The notes under the pieces were generated by a model, which worked only from the letters and a program-made list of their open reading frames with translations, did no database searches and was not told where the DNA came from. From Clostridia bacterium (GTDB taxonomy: Bacteria > Bacillota > Clostridia > Oscillospirales > CAG-272): a stretch of DNA of 64,000 bases. This document shows positions 28,520-37,907 of this stretch, in pieces. Every line of letters begins with the position of its first letter. The first letter of the stretch is position 1. Both the position numbers and the translations under genes were made by a program. The stretch is taken from contig JAFVSI010000015.1 of the NCBI GenBank assembly GCA_017503865.1, positions 7,175 through 71,174 on the forward strand, read 5' to 3'.

Positions 28520-29573
28520 ATTTTACTGAGAACTTAAAAATCGTTGTGTAATCATAAACCTCACTGGGTTCGAGTATAACGTTTGTAAAATTATCGTGGT
28601 TTATACTGTCGGGCATTTTTTCTGTTTCAAGACAAACAAGAGTTTGTTCCTCTTGAGCAACGCCGCCCTTAAATGGATATTCTTCATTATTTACGTAGTT
28701 TCCTGTGTAAATATGAACAGCCGGCTGATCAGTGAACATTTCCATTACACGACCGCTATTTTTATCATAAAGCTCAGCACGCTTAACTATATTTTCGCTT
28801 TCGCCGAAATAAAAGCAATGGTCATAACCTCTCGCAAATATAAGGTCCTGATTATTACTTAAAATATCGCGACCAATTTCTTTTGAGGTAGTAAAATCAA
28901 ATGGAGTTCCCTTTACACTTTTGATTTCCCCCGTAGGAATAAGTGTATCATCAGTAGGAAGATAATACTCGGCATCAAGGAAAAGCTCGTGCGAATGAAT
29001 ACTTTCACTATCGTAACCACCAAGATTAAAGTACGAGTGATTCGTAAGATTCACAATTGTCTTTTTATCTGTTGAGGCAACGTAGTTTATTGAAAGTGCG
29101 TTATCGGAACTTAATGTATATTTAACACTGACCTTAAGAGTACCGGGGTAGCCTTCTTCTCCGTCTGGTGAGATATAGCTAAAAATAATACTCGGCTCAT
29201 CTTCGCCAACCGTATCCACGTCCCAAACCTTAGAATTGAAGCCAAATTCTCCACCGTGAAGATGATTGGGACCGTTGTTAATAAACAAGCTGTAGTCCTT
29301 GCCATCGAGAGTGAATTTTCCCTTGCAAATTCTGTTACCGACTCGACCTATTACAGCCCCCTGATAACCGTCGGCATTGACGTATGAATCAAGCGAATCA
29401 TAGCCTGCAACAACGTCGGCAAAATTGCCATTCCTATCGGGCACGTGTATTTCTTTAACGGTAGCACCGTAATCAAGCAGCTTTACCTTAACCCCATTTT
29501 TGTTTTCAAGTGTATATTCAGTAACACTTCTGCCATCACTAAGTTTTCCAAAAAAAACTTTTGAAATACCCAT
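28518..29573 (-). CDS. galM: Aldose 1-epimerase (galactose mutarotase)
   Basis: Motifs NHLHGG, NLTNHSYFNL, GYDHCF, CLETE. Start moved to ATG 29573 (MGISKVFFG), 1 nt after the galE stop. The longer ORF-track form overlaps galE. Confidence 0.92.
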   Translation of the reverse strand: MGISKVFFGKLSDGRSVTEYTLENKNGVKVKLLDYGATVKEIHVPDRNGNFADVVAGYDSLDSYVNADGYQGAVIGRVGNRICKGKFTLDGKDYSLFINNGPNHLHGGEFGFNSKVWDVDTVGEDEPSIIFSYISPDGEEGYPGTLKVSVKYTLSSDNALSINYVASTDKKTIVNLTNHSYFNLGGYDSESIHSHELFLDAEYYLPTDDTLIPTGEIKSVKGTPFDFTTSKEIGRDILSNNQDLIFARGYDHCFYFGESENIVKRAELYDKNSGRVMEMFTDQPAVHIYTGNYVNNEEYPFKGGVAQEEQTLVCLETEKMPDSINHDNFTNVILEPSEVYDYTTIFKFSVK

Positions 29574-29574
29574 A

Positions 29575-30588
29575 TTATTCCTCGTAACCGTTAGGATTTT
29601 TAGACTGCCAATTATATGAGTCCTTGCACATATCCTCAAGATTGTACTGTGCCTTCCAACCGAGTATCTTATATGCCTTCTCGGGATTTGCATAACACTC
29701 ATCTATGTCACCGGGACGTCTCGGTCCTATTTTATAGTTGACCTTAGCACCGGTTGCTTCCTCGTAAGCCTTGACAACGTCAAGAACAGAGTAACCCTTA
29801 CCTGTACCAATATTGAAGTATTCAACTCCCGTAATCTTCTCTGCTCTTTCAAGTGCACAAAGATGTGCCTTAGCCAAGTCAACAACGTGAATATAGTCAC
29901 GTACACCTGTGCCGTCGTGAGTATTGTAGTCGTTACCGTGAACAGAAAGGCATTCTCTCTTACCGAGTGCGACCTGTGCAACGTAAGGAAGCAAGTTGTT
30001 GGGAATATCTCTGGGGTCCTCACCAATAAGTCCCGACTTGTGCGCACCGATAGGATTGAAGTAGCGAAGAATAGAAACGCTCCACTCATTATCAGACGCC
30101 CAAAGGTCCTTAAGGATTCGCTCTATCATAAGCTTTGTCTCTCCATAAGGATTTGTTGTAGAAAGCGGAAAATCCTCGGTTATCGGCACACTTGCAGGCT
30201 TGCCGTAAACGGTAGCTGAAGAACTGAAAACAATTCTCTTTGCGTTGTACTTTGAAAGAAGCTTGCAAAGATTAAGAGTTCCCGTTATATTGTTGTGATA
30301 GTACAAAAGGGGCTTTGAACATGATTCACCAACTGCCTTAAGACCTGCAAAATGAATGCAGCTCTCAATGTTGTTCTCAAGAAATACTTTTTCAAGTGCA
30401 TCTATATCAAGAAGGTCAACTTTGTAGAATTTAACCTCTTTACCTGTTATTTGTTTAACTCTTTGAAGAGATGTTTCCTTGCTGTTTGAAAGGTTGTCGA
30501 CACAAACAAGCTCCTTTCCAGCCTCAAGAAATTCAACCATAGCGTGCGAGCCAATATATCCAGCTCCACCGGTAATAAGAATTGCCAT
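29575..30588 (-). CDS. galE: UDP-glucose 4-epimerase
   Basis: 337 aa. GGAGYIGSH Rossmann motif, catalytic YGETK. Confidence 0.96.
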   Translation of the reverse strand: MAILITGGAGYIGSHAMVEFLEAGKELVCVDNLSNSKETSLQRVKQITGKEVKFYKVDLLDIDALEKVFLENNIESCIHFAGLKAVGESCSKPLLYYHNNITGTLNLCKLLSKYNAKRIVFSSSATVYGKPASVPITEDFPLSTTNPYGETKLMIERILKDLWASDNEWSVSILRYFNPIGAHKSGLIGEDPRDIPNNLLPYVAQVALGKRECLSVHGNDYNTHDGTGVRDYIHVVDLAKAHLCALERAEKITGVEYFNIGTGKGYSVLDVVKAYEEATGAKVNYKIGPRRPGDIDECYANPEKAYKILGWKAQYNLEDMCKDSYNWQSKNPNGYEE

Positions 30589-30726
30589 AAATATACCTCC
30601 GATATTATTAATATATAGCTTTTGCTAAATCAACTTATTATAACATTATTGTATTAAAAATCTAATATCGTAAAATATTGTTTACACTTTGTTTACATCT
30701 TTACACTTCTAACATATTGAATTTTT

Positions 30727-30755
30727 AGTACTTCTATGATATAATTGTCTCAAAT
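30727..30755 (+). promoter_or_regulatory. Promoter of the Crp-family regulator / ABC operon
   Basis: TTGAAT (30727..30732), 17-nt spacer, TATAAT (30750..30755). Confidence 0.55.
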
Positions 30756-30771
30756 GAGACAAAAGGGGTTT
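30756..30771. promoter_or_regulatory. 16-bp perfect palindrome TGTCTCAAATGAGACA (candidate Crp/Fnr-type operator)
   Basis: Reads as TGTCT-N6-AGACA, immediately after the -10 box and 2 nt before the start codon region of the Crp-family gene. Confidence 0.5.
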
Positions 30772-30773
30772 TT

Positions 30774-31442
30774 ATGAGTATTATAACACTTGTCCCAAGA
30801 TTACTAAAACATCCGATTTTCAAAGGAATAGATGAGTCGGTTATTTCAAAATATTTGTGTGAAGAAAGCTTTACGGTACAAACCTTTGAGCCCTCTTCTG
30901 TAATTATCTCACCCGATGAAATAAATTCACCCATTTCAATCGTTATAAGCGGCACGGTCGAGATACTTTGCAACAATTCAAACCACAAGGTGTTACTTAA
31001 GACCTCGGGAGCTGGAACTGTTTTCGGTGTGGCCAATCTATATGCTGATAATCAAACCTTCCCAAGTATAGTTTCTGCAAAGACCGAAACCAAGGTTTTG
31101 ATGGTAGATAAGAAAATTTTTAAATCTATGCTTGTAGCAGAGCCTGAAATTCTAAATAATTTTCTTGCCTTCTTAAGTAACAAGGTAATATATCTTAACA
31201 AGAAGATAGCCTCGTATACTGCAGGAAATAATGAAAAGAAATTGGCATATTTTCTTTCCGAAAATCAAATTGACGGTATCGTTTCAACCGAAGTGAGCAT
31301 TTCGGATATTGCTGTAATGCTCAACATGGGCAGGGCTTCCCTGTACCGTGCTTTTGATAAGTTTGAAAGCGAAAATATTATTTCGAGAGACGGTAGGACA
31401 ATTCACATAACCAATTTAGAAAAATTAAAAAAATACATATAA
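30774..31442 (+). CDS. Crp/Fnr family transcriptional regulator
   Basis: 222 aa. N-terminal cNMP-binding-like beta-barrel. C-terminal HTH (ISDIAVMLNMGRASLYRAFDKF). Confidence 0.85.
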   Translation: MSIITLVPRLLKHPIFKGIDESVISKYLCEESFTVQTFEPSSVIISPDEINSPISIVISGTVEILCNNSNHKVLLKTSGAGTVFGVANLYADNQTFPSIVSAKTETKVLMVDKKIFKSMLVAEPEILNNFLAFLSNKVIYLNKKIASYTAGNNEKKLAYFLSENQIDGIVSTEVSISDIAVMLNMGRASLYRAFDKFESENIISRDGRTIHITNLEKLKKYI

Positions 31443-31457
31443 AAAAGGAGAACTCTT

Positions 31458-32504
31458 ATGAAAAAAAATCTTACAAAAATCATTTCAGTTGTTTTGGCAG
31501 CACTTATGCTACTTACACTTGTCGCTTGTAACACTACTCCCGACACACCCAATACCCCCGACACCGATGACGTTAACGTTCCTGACAGCTACAACAAAGA
31601 GCTTGAGATAAAGATCAGTCTTCTTAACGGAACAACCGCACTCGGCATGTCAAAAATGATAGCTGATGCTAAGAACAACGCTGACGATATGAACTACAAC
31701 ATTGAAATATTTGCTTCTGCCGATATGATCACAGGCCCTATCGTATCAGGTAACACACATATTGCCGCACTTCCCACAAACGTAGCTGCAAAGCTTTATA
31801 AGGCAAGTGAAGGTAAGCTTCAGCTCCTTGCACTTAATACGCTTGGCGTTCTTTATCTCTTACAGAGTGGAGAAACACCCGTAAGTAGCTTTGAGGATCT
31901 CAAGGGCAAAACAGTGTATCTCCCCGGTGCTGGCTCTAATCCCGAGTATATCACAGCTGCACTTTTTGAGGCAAACGGTCTTGAGGTTGGAAAAGACGTC
32001 ATTCTTGATACTACTACTTATCCTTCCCCCGATGCACTCCAAACCGCACTTGTTAGCGGAGTTGGTGGAGTTGAATTTGCAGTTCTTCCCGAGCCCAAGG
32101 TAACTGTAATTACAATGAAGAACGCAAACGTAAAGGTTGCTATGAACTTCACAGAAAAGTGGGAAGCAATTTACGGAAAGAACACGCTTGCTCAGGGTTG
32201 TCTTGTTGTAAACACCGACTTTGCTAAGGCTCACCCCGCTGAAATTAAGAAGTTCCTTGACGATTACAAGGCTTCTGTTGATTTTGTTGTAGGCGGCACC
32301 GATGAAGCTATTACCGCAATTCTTGACGCAGGTATTCTTCCAAGCGAAGCTATTGCAAAAAAGGCTCTTCCCAACTGCAATATCTGCTTTGTCGCTGGTG
32401 AAGAAATGAAGAGCTCAATCTCGGTTTTCTATGAAAAACTCTTCGAGGCTGACAATAAATCTATCTTGGCAGTTCCCGACGATAATTTCTACTACGTAAA
32501 ATGA
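31458..32504 (+). CDS. ABC transporter substrate-binding lipoprotein (NitT/TauT-like)
   Basis: Lipobox LTLVAC, Pro/Thr/Asp linker. Followed by a cognate permease and ATPase. Confidence 0.75.
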   Translation: MKKNLTKIISVVLAALMLLTLVACNTTPDTPNTPDTDDVNVPDSYNKELEIKISLLNGTTALGMSKMIADAKNNADDMNYNIEIFASADMITGPIVSGNTHIAALPTNVAAKLYKASEGKLQLLALNTLGVLYLLQSGETPVSSFEDLKGKTVYLPGAGSNPEYITAALFEANGLEVGKDVILDTTTYPSPDALQTALVSGVGGVEFAVLPEPKVTVITMKNANVKVAMNFTEKWEAIYGKNTLAQGCLVVNTDFAKAHPAEIKKFLDDYKASVDFVVGGTDEAITAILDAGILPSEAIAKKALPNCNICFVAGEEMKSSISVFYEKLFEADNKSILAVPDDNFYYVK

Positions 32505-33277
32505 ATAAAACACTAAATAAAGCATTTCAAGTAGCCGTATCAATTCTTTTTTGGTTCTTGGTTTGGGTAGTTGCTTCTTATAGAGTTAACAACGCATTCC
32601 TTCTTCCATCACCTGTTAAAACTTTGAGGGCTACTTGGGAATTGCTTAAAACGAGTGACTTTTGGTTGATTGCTTTCAATACGCTTGGCAGAATATTTCT
32701 TGGAATATTCATAGCAACTCTCATTGGAATCGTTGTGGCGATTGCAACGTCGAAAGTTACATTTTTCGACACGCTGTTATCCCCCGCTATGAGTGCGGTT
32801 AAAGCCACTCCCGTTGCTTCTTTTGCCTTTTTAGCTGTACTCTTTATAGGACACGACGTTTTACCAATATTTATCACTGCACTTTTAGTCCTCCCAATTA
32901 TATGGACTAACGTTTCTGCCGGTATAAAGGGAGTTTCAAAGGAACACAAAGAAGTTGCAAAAGTTTATCAATTTTCGAAAACTAAAATGCTGACAAAGCT
33001 TTATGTTCCAAGCGTTCTTCCCTACTTTCTCGCGGCGTGCCGTTCAGCTATAGGTCTTGCTTGGAAAGCCGGTGTTGCAGCAGAGGTTCTATGCCCACCG
33101 CGACGTGCAATCGGTACAGAGTTGTATAACGCAAAAAACTATCTTGATACAGAAAAGCTTTTTGCCGTAACCCTTCTAACTATTATATTCAGCATAATCC
33201 TTGAAAAGCTTTTGATCTATTTGATTTCTAAGCTCCCAATTAAATCTAACGTTTCAAGTACAGAGGTGAGAGCGTGA
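32501..33277 (+). CDS. ABC transporter permease
   Basis: 258 aa, about 6 TM. ATGA overlap with the binding-protein gene. Confidence 0.85.
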   Translation: MNKTLNKAFQVAVSILFWFLVWVVASYRVNNAFLLPSPVKTLRATWELLKTSDFWLIAFNTLGRIFLGIFIATLIGIVVAIATSKVTFFDTLLSPAMSAVKATPVASFAFLAVLFIGHDVLPIFITALLVLPIIWTNVSAGIKGVSKEHKEVAKVYQFSKTKMLTKLYVPSVLPYFLAACRSAIGLAWKAGVAAEVLCPPRRAIGTELYNAKNYLDTEKLFAVTLLTIIFSIILEKLLIYLISKLPIKSNVSSTEVRA

Positions 33278-33888
33278 TAACATTAAAGAATATTTCGGTA
33301 AGCTTTGATAAAAAAGCTGTTATAAAAGACTTAAGCTTCACCTTTGAGAGCGGAAAAAAGTACGCAATTATGGGCGAATCCGGAAGCGGCAAAACAACCG
33401 TACTAAACGTAATTTCTGATTTAATTAAACCCCAAAGCGGCGAAGTACTTAAAAATAACGACTGTAAAATTGCTTACGTTTTTCAAGAACCGCGTCTTTT
33501 TGATTGGATGAGTGTGCTTGAAAACGTCTCTATTGCTAAAACAGATGCCCAGTCGAACAAAGCAATTGCAGAGGAAATACTTATAAATCTCGGTCTTGCG
33601 GAGTCCCTAAATCAATTTCCACCAGAGCTTTCAGGTGGAATGAAGCAAAGAGTTTCGATCGCAAGGGCGATGGCATACGAGCCTGACGTAATCCTGCTTG
33701 ACGAACCGTTTAAAGCTCTTGATGCTCAAACAAAGAAGTACGTTGCCACGTATCTGTTTGACTTCTGTAAAGATAAAACAGTAATTATGGTTACACACGA
33801 TGAATCTGACCTCGAATACGTAGACGAGGTACTGAAAATCGAAAATACACCTGTAACTTCATTGACAATGGTAAAATGTAACAGATAA
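33274..33888 (+). CDS. ABC transporter ATP-binding protein
   Basis: Walker A GESGSGKTT, signature LSGGMKQRV, Walker B ILLDEPF, H-loop VTHD. GTG start overlaps the permease stop. Confidence 0.93.
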   Translation: MITLKNISVSFDKKAVIKDLSFTFESGKKYAIMGESGSGKTTVLNVISDLIKPQSGEVLKNNDCKIAYVFQEPRLFDWMSVLENVSIAKTDAQSNKAIAEEILINLGLAESLNQFPPELSGGMKQRVSIARAMAYEPDVILLDEPFKALDAQTKKYVATYLFDFCKDKTVIMVTHDESDLEYVDEVLKIENTPVTSLTMVKCNR

Positions 33889-33896
33889 CGCTTTTT

Positions 33897-33926
33897 GAAT
33901 AACCAACATCTTCTAAAGGCAATACT
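33897..33926 (+). promoter_or_regulatory. Candidate forespore (sigma-F/sigma-G type) promoter of sigG
   Basis: GAATA (33897..33901), 16-nt spacer, GGCAATACT (33918..33926). Resembles the Bacillus sigma-F consensus GCATA-N15-GGnRAYAMTW as I recall it. Confidence 0.4.
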
Positions 33927-33963
33927 CCCGATATAAGCCAATAATGCTTATATCGGGAGTATT
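33921..33963 (+). terminator. Perfect 18-bp hairpin: terminator of the ABC operon and RBS-sequestering structure for sigG
   Basis: aatactcccgatataagc (33921..33938) pairs with gcttatatcgggagtatt (33946..33963), 7-nt loop. The sigG RBS GGGAG (33955..33959) lies in the 3' arm. ATG at 33966. Confidence 0.7.
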
Positions 33964-33965
33964 TT

Positions 33966-34739
33966 ATGTATTATAACAAAGTTGAAATTTGTGGCGTAAA
34001 TACGTCAAACCTCAAGACTCTTACAGATAAAGAAAAAAACGAATTGCTGAAAAAAGCAAAGAACGGTGACACAATCGCAAGACAGGATTTAATCAACGGA
34101 AATCTAAGACTCGTTTTAAGCATCATACAAAGATTTACAAACCGAAAAGAGAATATGGACGATCTCTTCCAAGTCGGTTGCATCGGTCTTGTAAAGGCAG
34201 TTGACAACTTCAATACCAACTATGACGTTAAATTCTCAACTTATGCAGTTCCAATGATAATTGGTGAGATCAGACGTTATCTTCGCGATAACAACGCTGT
34301 AAGAATAAGCCGTTCAGTTCGAGATCTTGCATACAGAGCTTTGCAGATTCGTGAAGAGCTTGTGAACGAAAAGCAGACCGAGCCTTCAGTCGAAGAAATT
34401 GCAAAAAAGCTTGGTGAACCCCGCGAGGCAGTTGTCAGAGCTATGGAAGCAATAATCGAGCCAATATCTCTCTATGAGCCTGTATACAGCGACAACGGTG
34501 ACTCCATATACTATATGGATCAACTAAGTGACAGCGACAGCTCGGACGAGATATGGCTCGAAAATATTGTGCTGAGGGAAGCTATGAATAAGCTCACACC
34601 ACGCGAAAAAACTATAATAAATTTGCGATACTATAAGAACAAAACGCAAATGGAGATAGCAGAGGAAATTGGAATCTCACAAGCTCAGGTATCACGACTT
34701 GAAAAAGGAGCACTTGAGCATATACGAAGACAAATGTGA
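33966..34739 (+). CDS. sigG: Sporulation sigma factor SigG
   Basis: Near-colinear with B. subtilis SigG: NKVEICGV.TS, NGNLRLVLS.IQRF, DDLFQVGCIGL, FSTYAVPMIIGEIRRYLRDNN, GISQAQVSRLEK. Confidence 0.92.
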   Translation: MYYNKVEICGVNTSNLKTLTDKEKNELLKKAKNGDTIARQDLINGNLRLVLSIIQRFTNRKENMDDLFQVGCIGLVKAVDNFNTNYDVKFSTYAVPMIIGEIRRYLRDNNAVRISRSVRDLAYRALQIREELVNEKQTEPSVEEIAKKLGEPREAVVRAMEAIIEPISLYEPVYSDNGDSIYYMDQLSDSDSSDEIWLENIVLREAMNKLTPREKTIINLRYYKNKTQMEIAEEIGISQAQVSRLEKGALEHIRRQM

Positions 34740-34744
34740 AAATT

Positions 34745-35551
34745 TTATCTCTTTTTTAGTTTGCCGACGACCTTGCCGCAACAAACAACTTCACTGAAGT
34801 TTTTAAGTAGGATGTCCTCAAACTCAGGGTTAAGGGATATGAGACGGTCGCCGCCGTATTGCTTGAAATATCCCTGTCCGTCAAGAACAAAAATTCCAAG
34901 CTCACCGACGTCAAAGATCTCGGAGCGTTCAACAAGAATAATATCGCCGTTATGATATTTAGGCTCCATACTGTTGCCGCTTATGCGGAGTGCAAAATCA
35001 GCACATCTTGTCTTTTCGTTATCGGGAATATTTATTCTCTCTGCACTTTCCTCATCAAGATAAACTCCTGTACCGGCAGACACGGGCATATCGAAAAGTG
35101 CAATAGATCTACGCGCTGCAACCTCACTCATCTTGCGGCGTACGTCAGCGGGATCAAGGACCTTTGCAACGTTTTGAGCCTTCTTGTGCGAAGCAACAAC
35201 GTCCTCTTGAACGGATCTTGCTTCGCTGATACGGGTAAATTCCCTTTCTACAACAAATTTTGCAATATCCTTTCCGCAAGAATCAAGCTCGCGGAATTTT
35301 TTTACAAATGAAATCTCTTCCTCGTCAAGCTTAAAATTGTTGTTATTTTGTGGCGTGCCGTTAACAAGATAGTCGATAGAGCAATCAAGTGCATTTGAAA
35401 TTGCTATAATATTGGCAAGCTTTGGAGAATCGTTCATTCCCGCAAGTATTTTACTAAGAGTTCCAAGCGGAATTCCCGTAATCTCAGCAAGCTTATCGTT
35501 GGTAATTTTCTTTTCACTTTTGAGTTGCTTTATTCTATCAATATAATTCAC
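34745..35551 (-). CDS. XRE-family HTH / S24 (LexA-like) peptidase repressor
   Basis: N-terminal HTH (LAEITGIPLGTLSKIL). C-terminal S24 domain with GNSMEP serine and a distal Lys. Confidence 0.85.
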   Translation of the reverse strand: MNYIDRIKQLKSEKKITNDKLAEITGIPLGTLSKILAGMNDSPKLANIIAISNALDCSIDYLVNGTPQNNNNFKLDEEEISFVKKFRELDSCGKDIAKFVVEREFTRISEARSVQEDVVASHKKAQNVAKVLDPADVRRKMSEVAARRSIALFDMPVSAGTGVYLDEESAERINIPDNEKTRCADFALRISGNSMEPKYHNGDIILVERSEIFDVGELGIFVLDGQGYFKQYGGDRLISLNPEFEDILLKNFSEVVCCGKVVGKLKKR

Positions 35552-35633
35552 AATCGCACCCCCATTTTTCCTTTGTTGGAATTATTATAGCATACTTTTT
35601 GCGATTTGTAAATATATTTTTAAAATATTTTTC

Positions 35634-36827
35634 TTAAAAAGGAATTATTTTTATAATTTCCACTAAATTTCCACCAATCAGCTCTGCTGCAGCTCGTGCT
35701 TCATCAATACTGTTTCCACTTGATCCAATTTTTATAGTCATCGAATACCTTGATAATTCTTGATTAAATGTATATGATGACAATTCGACGGGCATACAAA
35801 GATTTGAATATTTCAAATTTAAAAGTTCGCGAAGCTTCAAAGCAAGCGAAAGATTATCCTGCCAATTTTCATAGCTGTCCCCTGCCCAATCACTGCCAAC
35901 CGTACACGACACCTGTGCGGTTGGCTTATTATTAACAAGAGTAACAGGACGTATTATATCCCCACTTGAGCTTAAAATCGAATCCCTTTGTACGTCTATA
36001 ACCAACTGAATTGTTGGATACCTTTCAAGGTATTCTTTAACTGTTGATTCGCTTCTTGCATACGAGTCCTTGTATCTTATACTGTCATGAAGTGTGGTAC
36101 AGTGCAAAGTAGTAATACCGTTTTCATTTAAAATATTGCTTATAATTTGACCGACAGAAACAACATTCTTATCGCTGTTGTCACTTCTCGCAAAATCTCT
36201 CTGAGGATCGAATTTGTATGAAGATTTACCATCATAAACGTAAGAATCACTTGCGTGTGTATGAAGCAGGAGAACTCTTGGAGCATCCTTATTCGTAAGA
36301 AGCTCGAAATTATTATTTTTAAAATTCTTTTCCAAGAGAATTTCAAGATTTGGGAGGTATCCAGTTGAATTATTAATATAAAAAACACCGTTTTGTTTTT
36401 GTGAAAGATCCATTGGAATTATACCAACCTCGCCTTCAAGAACTTTTGTTTGATCAAACTCATATAACTTGTCTAAGGTCATATTTAAGCTTGGTAATTC
36501 CTCGGTGTCTTCGCTTTCGGTGTCGGAAGGTGCCACAGCTTCGAGATCTGTCTTTCCCGTCTCTTCTGCAATATCACTTTCCGTGCCTGTTTCCTGCTTG
36601 TCCGTTTCATCTTTTCCAACATCTTTCTCAAAATCACAGATTAAAAAAGCTGTAACTATCAAACAAATAACCAATAAAGTTGAAATTGCAGTTATCATAC
36701 TCTTACCGAAAATAGTGAGAGTTTTTGAGCGACTTTTTTTATTGAAAAAATTAAGCTCTTTAATTTTTTCCTGTTCGAGTAATGGTACGTCAGTAGCACT
36801 TTTAAGTCCAAAAATCTTTTTTCTCAT
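35634..36827 (-). CDS. spoIIP: Stage II sporulation protein P
   Basis: N-terminal TM, acidic linker, SpoIIP amidase-like core (VLLLHTHASDSY). Immediately downstream of gpr, as in Bacillus. Confidence 0.85.
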   Translation of the reverse strand: MRKKIFGLKSATDVPLLEQEKIKELNFFNKKSRSKTLTIFGKSMITAISTLLVICLIVTAFLICDFEKDVGKDETDKQETGTESDIAEETGKTDLEAVAPSDTESEDTEELPSLNMTLDKLYEFDQTKVLEGEVGIIPMDLSQKQNGVFYINNSTGYLPNLEILLEKNFKNNNFELLTNKDAPRVLLLHTHASDSYVYDGKSSYKFDPQRDFARSDNSDKNVVSVGQIISNILNENGITTLHCTTLHDSIRYKDSYARSESTVKEYLERYPTIQLVIDVQRDSILSSSGDIIRPVTLVNNKPTAQVSCTVGSDWAGDSYENWQDNLSLALKLRELLNLKYSNLCMPVELSSYTFNQELSRYSMTIKIGSSGNSIDEARAAAELIGGNLVEIIKIIPF

Positions 36828-36884
36828 AAGTTCCCCCTTGTTTTTAATATACCGTTTACTAAAATATATTCAATCAAGATTATT

Positions 36885-37709
36885 TTATGAAATAATTTCT
36901 AAAGCACCGTTTATAGCTCTTGAAATTAGCTTTGCTGATGCTTCTGTAAGCTCATCGCATTCCTTAGGTGTAACAAAAAAAGTCTTGGACTCTCTCAGTA
37001 CAGAAAACAAACTATCGTTTATATCTTGAAAGTTCGCTTTTTCAAGTGTATCAAGCACGAGTGTAGCTGAATCAACGACAGTTGGCACTCCTATTGCAAT
37101 AACCGGAATGCCAACCGTTTCCTCGTTGATTGCACTTCTTGCATTGCGTACACCGCTCCCCGGAGCAATACCATTGCTTGAAATTTGAATTGTTGTACCA
37201 AGACGGTCACAGCTCCTTGCAGAGAGTGAATCTATTGCAATTATTAAATCAGGAGCTATCTTATTTGAAATTGATCGAACAATATCAACCGTCTCAATCC
37301 CGCTTTTTGATAAAACACTCGGTGAAAAAATCGAAATTAACGGCAGAGTATTGTCTGAAGTATTTAAATGTCTTGTTGGCGAAAGCTTTGATACAGTTCT
37401 CGGTCCAATAGAGTCCGCCGTAAAATCAGAATTTCCAAGACCGATTATCAAATATGAAAGCTCTTTTTTGTCTCGACCTTCGAAAATGCTTTCTATTATT
37501 TTCGTTAGCTCTTCACTTATTGTGAGCGAGATTAAATTCAAGCTATATTCATCAAGTATATTTAACTTATCACAAAACACGGTTACACATTGAAATATAT
37601 CATTTTGTCTAATTATTGTGCAATAGCCTAAATCTTCTTCTAAGCAATTATAATTTTCATCAATATTCAAGTTTTCACAAGCCAAATCAGTATTATATAT
37701 AGGTTTCAT
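36885..37709 (-). CDS. gpr: GPR germination protease
   Basis: YNTDLACE N-terminus, IIGLGNSDFTADSIGP, IAIDSLSARS, GIAPGSGV and GVPTVVD blocks of the GPR endopeptidase family. Short form (274 aa). Confidence 0.88.
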   Translation of the reverse strand: MKPIYNTDLACENLNIDENYNCLEEDLGYCTIIRQNDIFQCVTVFCDKLNILDEYSLNLISLTISEELTKIIESIFEGRDKKELSYLIIGLGNSDFTADSIGPRTVSKLSPTRHLNTSDNTLPLISIFSPSVLSKSGIETVDIVRSISNKIAPDLIIAIDSLSARSCDRLGTTIQISSNGIAPGSGVRNARSAINEETVGIPVIAIGVPTVVDSATLVLDTLEKANFQDINDSLFSVLRESKTFFVTPKECDELTEASAKLISRAINGALEIIS

Positions 37710-37825
37710 ACCTTTTCTTCTCCTAACTATATAAAATCAAATTGGTAATATGCACAATATAAAGTTCACACTTTTGTGCATTTAACCAAAACTTGTAACA
37801 AAATCATTATAGTCATTGATTTTGA

Positions 37826-37854
37826 CTTCAAAAAATGATATAATATCGTGAGTA
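37826..37854 (+). promoter_or_regulatory. Promoter of the orphan peptide-binding protein gene
   Basis: TTGATT (37826..37831), 17-nt spacer, TATAAT (37849..37854). AGGAGG RBS before the start at 37908. Confidence 0.5.
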
Positions 37855-37907
37855 AATATTTAATTATATTTATATATGTTTAGTACCAATTAGGAGGATT
37901 CCAACAA

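Noticed and set aside
29574-29702. N-terminal 43-aa extension of galM overlapping the 3' end of galE
   Set aside because: The extension is Arg/Ile-rich, has no similarity to mutarotases, and overlaps galE coding sequence. ATG 29573 gives the canonical N-terminus.
30691-30715. Three TTTACA(C/T) direct repeats upstream of the Crp-family gene promoter
   Set aside because: Irregular spacing (11 and 8 bp) in AT-rich DNA, and I know of no matching regulator motif. The perfect palindrome at 30756..30771 is the better operator candidate.
34745-35551. XRE-S24 repressor as a marker of a prophage or mobile element
   Set aside because: No integrase, recombinase, Cro-like partner, phage structural genes, att-like repeats or tRNA nearby. 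The flanks are sigG and spoIIP, so it is treated as a chromosomal regulator.
36469-37029. 186-aa plus-strand ORF spanning the spoIIP start and gpr end
   Set aside because: It crosses an intergenic region, is antisense to two recognisable sporulation genes, and is Ser/Leu-rich low complexity.
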